From Chrysomallon squamiferum (taxonomy: Eukaryota > Animalia > Mollusca): DNA of 64,000 nt. Each line of letters opens with the position of its first letter. Within the stretch, counting starts at the first letter, position 1. The stretch spans positions 6,696,001 to 6,760,000 of the forward strand of contig CM022678.1 in NCBI GenBank assembly GCA_012295275.1, read 5' to 3'. The notes under the pieces are model-generated. The model worked only from the letters and a program-made list of their open reading frames with translations, did no database searches and was not told where the DNA came from. Below are positions 55,648-64,000 of this stretch, piece after piece. The position numbers were made by a program, and so were the translations under genes.

Positions 55648-56239
55648 TTTTTTTTTTTTTTATTATTTTTTTTTTTTTGCTCTAACATCATTTTTAATAA
55701 GTTCTTAAGCGGCTTTTACATGAAAACGTAAAAAAAAAAAAAAAAAAAAAAAAAGACATTCCATCATCATTTTTTTAACAGGTTTACAAACATTTAGCGC
55801 AATTTTCAGTCGTCTTTTTTTCTTTCTTTCTTCTTCTAAAAATGTCTTTCTTTCTTTCCTTCTTTTATTACGATTAATAATAATAATAATAATATTATTA
55901 TCATTTTTTTTATTATTATTATTTTTAACTGACATAATTTTTTGATAAGTTTACAAGCGGCCACTGAAGATTTTTTTTTTTTTTTCTGGCAGAGTGACCT
56001 GCTTTGAACGGCCACTGTGTTAAGAGGTTGAAGCCTGATACTGTTTCAAGTGCCTGCTTAGCACGAGGGTGTGTTTATGTACAGTTTTCAAACGCGGCGA
56101 TAATGAACGCTATGAAAACAGAATGCGAGAAACAGGCGGCGGCGGGTCCCGCCACTTTCCCGGGGGTGGTGGTGGTGGTGCGCGAGTGAATAACTCAGTT
56201 TCCTCATTATTCCGAGAATTGTGGGAACAAGCTTGACGA

Positions 56240-56965
56240 CATGATGAAGGATATAATGATGATGATGATAATAATAATGATGATAATGATAATGATGATG
56301 ATGATAATAATGATGATGATGATGATAATGATGATGATGATGATGATGATGATGATAATAATAATGATGATGATGATGATAATAATAATAATGATGATAA
56401 TAATAATGATGATGATGATGATAACGATAATGTTGATGATAATAATAATAATAATGATAATAATAATAATGATGATGATGATGTTGATGATAATAATAAT
56501 AATGATAATAATAATAATAATAAGAAGAACAATAATAATAATGATAATAATATTAATAATAATAATGATGATTATAATGAAAATGGTGATGATGATAATC
56601 TGGATGATAATAATGATGATGATGATAATGAAATTAATTGCGATGAAGATAACCCTAATAAGGAAAATGACGATGATAATAATGATGATGATAATGATAA
56701 TAACCAAAAACATGATGATAATAATAATGATAATAATATCAACAACAACAATAATAATAATAATGATGATGATGATTATAATGAAAAAATGGTGATGATA
56801 ATAATCTTGATGGTAATAATGATGATGATAATGATATTAATTGCGATGAAGATAACACTAATAAGGAAAATGACGATGATAATAATGATGATGATAATGA
56901 TAATAACCAAAAAGATGATGATAATAATAATAATGATGATGATGATAACGATTACGATAATAGCA
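56240..56965. repeat. Compound (ATG/ATA)n trinucleotide array with an internal duplication of about 200 bp
   Basis: Long GAT/AAT tract; attaattgcgatgaagataac.ctaataaggaaaatgacgatg occurs at about 56633 and about 56835. Confidence 0.9.
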
Positions 56966-57352
56966 ACACTATAACAAATAGGATGATGCTGTTAATGTTG
57001 AATATAATGGTTATAATAAACACAATGTAATACTGCATCCTGTAGATGCTGAAAGATGATGATAGATGATGATAGATAATGATAGAAGATGATTGTTTTA
57101 GCGAGGGTATCGGAACTTTCGGAGTTAAGTATGAAATGATAAATTTATGAGTATTACTGTCAGGTACGAAATAATTACAGGCTTTCAGTGTTGCTAAGCA
57201 ACGATAAATACACTGTTATATCTCCTTGTATTACGTCATATGAAATTGAGGTCATTCTAAAAATAAAAATACAAAGGTTTTAAAATTAGCTAATTCATAT
57301 CAAATTCAAATTTAAATTAGGTGATTTATTACACAGTTTTATGTGTCTGTCT

Positions 57353-57391
<39 letters not shown>

Positions 57392-58132
57392 CTGAACTAA
57401 TTTACAACCCCTCTATAAACCCCACCCATCTTATTCTCTGACACATGGCGTTGAATACGTGAAACCCTTTTTATTTTTTTTTTTTTTTTTTTTAAATTTC
57501 AAATCCAAACAACACATTTTAAAAATCAGATAACGCGAAAACACGTCATATTTCATAACGATAAAAATCAAACCTCTTGTTGGGCACCAGTTGCAAAGTG
57601 GGCGTATTTCGACGAAGGAGCACGAAGTTGTACGAAAACCGACACCTGACGGAAACTCTTTCTTCTTTGAATCGGAAACGTAACTATTAGCATTTAATAG
57701 GCCTTCAAAGGAAGCCGAGCGCAAAGCAGCACAAAGTTCTTTCCTGAAGAATTAGACTAATAGCACAGACGCTGTTTTGTTTGCAAAAATAGATTAAATT
57801 AACGACAAGATTTTTTTTAATTGTCGTTGGAGCGCCGGCGTAGTGGAGGAAATTAAATAATATGCAGAATTATGGCAGTTTTCCCTCGATGTTATCAAAG
57901 CGAATTTCCACTGTTAATAATGTTAGCATTTTTCTGATTAAAGCCAGACTTCAATATGACGTTTTGTTGCGCGATGTTAACTGTTTATATTATATTTTTT
58001 CGCGATAAGTCTGTAGATAACGGGTCGTAGCCAACAAAATATGCTAACAAAAATCGAGACAGAATTAGTATTAAAATGCTGAGTATTGCCAAGTTAACAG
58101 CAGTCAAAAAATGTAGCTATGCTTTTTTTTCT

Positions 58133-58166
<34 letters not shown>

Positions 58167-58725
58167 CATATTGTGAATAATTGCAGTTTTTAAAACTCGC
58201 TTAGGTTTATGCCAATCGGAATGTTGTATCATTAAACACGTGTTTTGCACCTGCTAGTATATCCCTGTTCTGGACGTTCTGACACGACAAAATATAGAAC
58301 AAGTTTAATAAAACAAATGGCTGCCTGTTGAAAGACAGACGAATAGCTTATGCACTGGCAATTACGGGTTTCCCCTCCCGTAGTTATAATTAAACTGTAA
58401 AATAAATAAATAAAATATAATTGATTAGCATGTCACATATTGTTACCGGTAAACTGTACAGCGTCGGCTTTCAGCAGAATTTAAAAAAAAAAAAAAAAAA
58501 AGTCTTAATTAAAAGTAAATTGCATTAAAGTGGTTTGTTTTAGCACATCGGCACGTGCGGCCTGAATCGGTTATAATGGCTTTTTTTTTTTTTCGTGTGT
58601 TATTGTTTTCTTTTTCCCGTTTTTAAACGTCCTCGTTATAAAGCTATTTTGTAGTTCACAGATAAGTTTTATGTAAATTAACTGAAAGCAGTTAGTTAAA
58701 AACGCATGTTGGTGTATACGTGTTA

Positions 58726-58757
<32 letters not shown>

Positions 58758-59039
58758 TGTGCGTGTGTGTGTGTGTGTGTGTGTGAAACAAAGAACTAAT
58801 TTGACCAAATCCAGTTTGTTAATTTATTCATCTCTCTCGGAATTAAATTAATTAAATATTTTCTTTAACAGTTCTTTTTAAACCAGTTTAATTAATTTGG
58901 TTTATTAATGTTTTAAGCGGACTTATTTAAACACTGTTAATCGTATACTTGGATATACACAAAAATTTGTCATTCATCATCTTCATCATCACAATCATCA
59001 TCATCATCATCATCACATCATCATCGTCAACACTATCAC

Positions 59040-59290
59040 CACCATCATCATCATCACTGTCTAACCGTAGTAAACCCTTGATGGGCTAAAATCTTAGCAT
59101 GTTGTTTCCACATCTCTTCCTGTCTTGCGCAGTCCATAATTTCCTGTCTTGCGCAGTCCACTACCAGATGGTTCCTTTCCACTGTTCATCTAGTTCATTC
59201 CTCTGCCGACTGGCTTTTCTTTCTCTAAATCTTTTTCTTTCGCGAGGTTTTTCCAAGAGAAGATAAGCAATATCCACCATTTATCTTGTA
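59040..59290 (-). mobile_element. 3' end fragment of an RTE-clade LINE, degenerate
   Basis: Minus strand translates as KPRERKRFRERKASRQRNELDEQWKGTIW*WTAQDRK, then after a frameshift MWKQHA. This resembles the RTE ORF C-terminus (PRxxKRxRGR...RWxDEL...W...AQDR..W) and runs into a (TGA)n tail. An internal 20-bp direct repeat lies at 59118-59160. Confidence 0.65.
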
Positions 59291-60300
59291 TTACACTGAC
59301 TGACTGATGTGTTCTGCCAATTAACTCGAGTTAATATTTATTGCTGTGGAAATACTTAAATTATAGTGGTGTAAAGTGTAGAATTAACGATATGTCTATA
59401 TCTATATACGTATTAAGTTAGTGCACAGATAAAATATTTATTATATAAATTAAAAATAAGATTTTTTTTTTTTTAAGTGTGTAAAATACCACTAAGGACA
59501 GAACACAATTTAATTTATTAATAATTTATTTGTTCTGACATTTGCTGTCATCATTCATGATAGTTATACAAATTTCTTGAATAATTATATTTTTGTTTTC
59601 CCCCCATATTATAACACGTTAGTTAAACATTTTCAGTGTTATCTAGATGTTGTTAAACATTTTTTGTTAAACAATTTTAGCATTAAGCATGGATGGGAGA
59701 AAGTTAACGAAATGTATATATTAAAAAATAATCTATGCATTCAGCATTCTTCCAAGATAAACTTAAATTTTTTTATCGTGTCGTCCGACCTTGATTAATA
59801 ACTTAGGACAGCAGAAAAAAAAAGATTAGAAAAGACAAATATTTACGTAACAGTGACGTCATCATGTACGAAACGATCTGAGCACTCTTAATTTTCGTAG
59901 GAGCGTCGTAAACATGGAGAGAGCTCTACAGTTCGTCTTGTACAAACATAAACAATTCTGACTTGAAGTAATATCCAATCGTTTTTTTTCTTTCCTTCTG
60001 TCGAGTCAGATAAGACCACCCCCTCCCCTGGTTACGAATCAGCCACACAATTTTTTTATTTTTTTTTTTTTTAATAGTTTAATCAGGAAAAAAGATAATC
60101 TGGAGCACGATCGACTGACGACGGGTTTGTTTGTTTGTCACTTTCGGTTCAGCGTAACATTTCGGATGACAAACGGTTGTTTAAAAAGCTGGAGTTGTCT
60201 CGTTTTCTATCAGACGATCTGTTAAACCGCCCGCCCTTAAAACGTGACACAAAAGGAAAAAAAAAAAACAACAACAAAGAGACGTGGGACAAATGCACAG

Positions 60301-60339
<39 letters not shown>

Positions 60340-60544
60340 GCGGTAACAGAAACGTGCAGTGTGGCAGACACCGACCTGGAAATGTTGTACAGAAACACAC
60401 GTAGACCATGTGTAGACGTGGGACAATAGAGATATATATATTTAAGTACGTACGTACGTACATGTGTCTGAGTGTCTTTTTGTTTTTGTGTATGTATGTA
60501 TGTATATATGTATGTATGTATGTATGTATATATGTGTGTGTGTG

Positions 60545-60581
<37 letters not shown>

Positions 60582-60718
60582 GTATATTTATGTTTCTGTG
60601 GACGTAATTATATATAGTATATGTGTATATGTATGTATATTTTTGTGTTAGTATTTTGGTTTGTATATGTTTATAGCTATCTAAATGTATATCTGTATAT
60701 TTATGTATATGTGTATGC

Positions 60719-60768
<50 letters not shown>

Positions 60769-61306
60769 ATGAATGTATATAATCTATGAATGTATATATG
60801 TACGTGTATGTAAATATGTAATGTATGCAGGTGTGTATGTATATATGTATTCACTAATGTATATATAAACGTGTATATATATATATATTTTGGTGTGTAT
60901 AATGTATGTATACATGTAGGTGTGTATATATTACGCTACGTATATAAGTACTCATATACTAGTGTAGATACACACAGACAAACATGCATTACACACAGGT
61001 GTGTGTGTTGTTTTTTTTTTACTAGTGCATCGCAACACAGTGATATAAATTTACATAATTATTAACACATATATCTGCAATCGTTTAATATCCAATCCTT
61101 TCAGAGGCTTGTCACATGCTTTTGGGAAATGGCCAGAACGTGCTCTACGATAGATGTTTAAAATAGACGTCACAGCTTTAAACGTTTGTTTATGCAGCGG
61201 GGTTACGTAAACGCCATAAATTATCCGTGGTAGAGATTTCAGAAAAATGTTACAGCTGTTTGCGTTAAAAGCGTTTCGCAGACATTTTTTTTTTTTTATT
61301 TTATTT

Positions 61307-61346
<40 letters not shown>

Positions 61347-61706
61347 CTTATTGGTTAAATAACAACATCTTGAAAATTTTACAACTTGTTAAGAGTTATT
61401 TTTTATTAGATGGGGCTCTGTGATGATTGTTATGGTCTTTTGGTAATGTTGTTGTTGTTGCTGTTGTTTTGTAGTTGTTGTTGTTGTTGTTCTAGTTCTT
61501 CATCTTTATCATCATCATTATCATCATCATCTTATTATTATTATATTATTATTATCTTTATCATCATTATTATCATCATCATCGTCTTCTTATTGTTGTT
61601 GTTATGTATGTATGTATGTATATGTATGTATGTGTGTTTGTATGTACCTATTTGTGCATGCATATGAATGTATATGTGCATGTATGTATGTATGTATGCA
61701 TGCATG

Positions 61707-61748
<42 letters not shown>

Positions 61749-61880
61749 CATGTATGTATTTATGTATAGGTGTGTATGCACGAATATACCTATATTAGTA
61801 TGGATGTATGCTTTCATGTATGTTTGTATTGTATATATATATATATATATAATACTAACAATTATCAGTTACGTAAAAAA

Positions 61881-61912
<32 letters not shown>

Positions 61913-62521
61913 AAAAAAATTAAAAATATTAAAGTAATCTCGCCAATAAATATTAAAGAGGAAAAAAATAAACAGATATTCCTGAAAAATGATAACCAGC
62001 CATTAAAGTCGTGATGTGACGGAGTAAACAAAATAACATAAACGGCTATCGCATTGTAAATATTGATCTTAAGAGTTCCTCGAAATCTCGGCAATTCGCT
62101 AAACAAGTTCTTTGGTTGGCCAGCGTTCAGAAAAACGTAAACAGATAAGCAGTTATCGCAAATTTCATTAAAGACACAACTGTTCGCGGACGTGTAAACT
62201 TATTAATAACGAAAATTAGCAGTGCATGGACAGACAGACCGTGCAGACAGTTTGTTAGAGACGGAACGTACGTAACGCACGTACGTACGTATGTATGTAC
62301 AAAGAGAGCAAACCTGCAGTTATGCGGTGTTGATGACTAAGATAATGTATCTGGAGATAAAAATTTCGTTGCATGCACTGACGCCAGTATGTACGGACGG
62401 TGAGAGAGAGAAAGGCGTGCTGTTTTAACAGTTTCTGAAAGGCTCACTGTTTGTTTGTTTCTTTGTGTGTCTGTTTAGCTGTTTTCTGTCCATTTATTTA
62501 TCCTTTCATCCATCCATCCAT

Positions 62522-62592
<71 letters not shown>

Positions 62593-62798
62593 CCTCCCTA
62601 CCTGCCTCCCCCTACCTACCTACCTATCTATATATATATCTGTCTATCGACCTATTTATACATCCATCTATCTGTCTGCCTGTCTGTCTGTCTGTCTGTC
62701 TGTCTATCTGATTATGCAATTGTCAAATCAGAAAACACACAGATTTTTGTACGTACATCAACACCGTACACAGAAAATGGACACATTAAAAAATAATA

Positions 62799-62839
<41 letters not shown>

Positions 62840-63568
62840 CACTTTCAGAAAGTTACTAACATATACACTTTCAAGAAAAAAAAAAAAAAACGCGACATAT
62901 ATGAACATATATAAACATGCATATATACAAATGCATCATCCCCCAAAAAAATATTTTGTATTTACCACAAATCCGGCTTTGGAAAACGTGTTAATCTGGT
63001 ATCTGTTTCGTTCCTCGCTTTTCATTTTCTTATTTTAATAATTTAAAAACTTCCTTCAAGCCTTTTTTTTTTTTTTTTTTTTTCCCCAAAGAAACCCCCC
63101 CACATTAACCGCGTCACTTCCGGTCGCATTGTTGCCGGATGAATAATCATCTGGTGACTGTACCATCAAATTTGTTTAAACTAAGAAGTTTACGAAAGAA
63201 CAGTTACGCCTCGTAATAATTACGACGTAAAAAATATTGTTACGACAAAGACTGTGAGCGAGTCGGCGGGACACGTCATAAAACTGAGCGGGTTTGTGTA
63301 AACACGTAAGTTTTTCTGAATCGTTTCTCAACAGCTGTCGTTCAACATTAACTACGTGGATTTCGTGGGAAAACTAACTCGCTTTTTTTTTCTTTCTCTA
63401 TCTTTTATTTCTTTTCTTTTTTTTCTTTTTTTTTTTTTTTTTTTTTTTTGTTCGTTTATTTATATTTAAAATCACCGAGAAGTGCGTCATCGCGTTGACA
63501 CGTGACATAATCTGACGTAATTGTATTTTCTATGGTCTCATGAAACACTTTTATTATTATTGTTGTTG

Positions 63569-63629
<61 letters not shown>

Positions 63630-63787
63630 ATTTAATATTATTGTTATATTTAAATTGTTAGTATTATTGCTATTATTATTGTTATCATCATTATTATCAT
63701 CATAATAATTATCTTTGTTATTACTTATTATTTCATTTATTTTAATTTACTTTATTTTATTTATTTATTTTGTAAGCTGTTTTTTTT

Positions 63788-63847
<60 letters not shown>

Positions 63848-64000
63848 GGACGAAACATAATGATATTAACAACATGAAAAACAACTTCAATAATAATAGC
63901 ATTACAAAAGTAACAACAACAACAACAACAACAACAATAATAATAATAATAATAATAATAAAAAAGAAGAAGAAAGATCCTATAATGATGAAGAAAAAGT

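Overview
This is AT-rich, microsatellite-dense eukaryotic (animal) DNA. The repeat landscape and transposase type suggest a mollusc, but that is inference. Nearly all ORF-track entries are translations of simple repeats. Manual splicing recovers two complete, divergently transcribed genes: FAH (fumarylacetoacetase; minus strand, 13 exons, 419 aa) and DLAT (pyruvate dehydrogenase E2; plus strand, 11 exons, 507 aa, one lipoyl domain). Inside FAH intron 1, on the same strand, lies a spliced pogo-superfamily (DD35D) transposase-derived gene with N-terminal HTH domains and a C-terminal PHD finger. Its DNA-binding and catalytic parts are in different frames, and the short overlap contains a correctly phased A_AAA_AAC slippery heptamer. 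This is either a programmed -1 frameshift or a one-base indel/assembly error. The window also holds a probable promoter and first exon of a minus-strand gene near 12 kb, a CACTA-ended MITE-like element, an RTE LINE 3' fragment, SINE/MITE remnants and several minisatellites.
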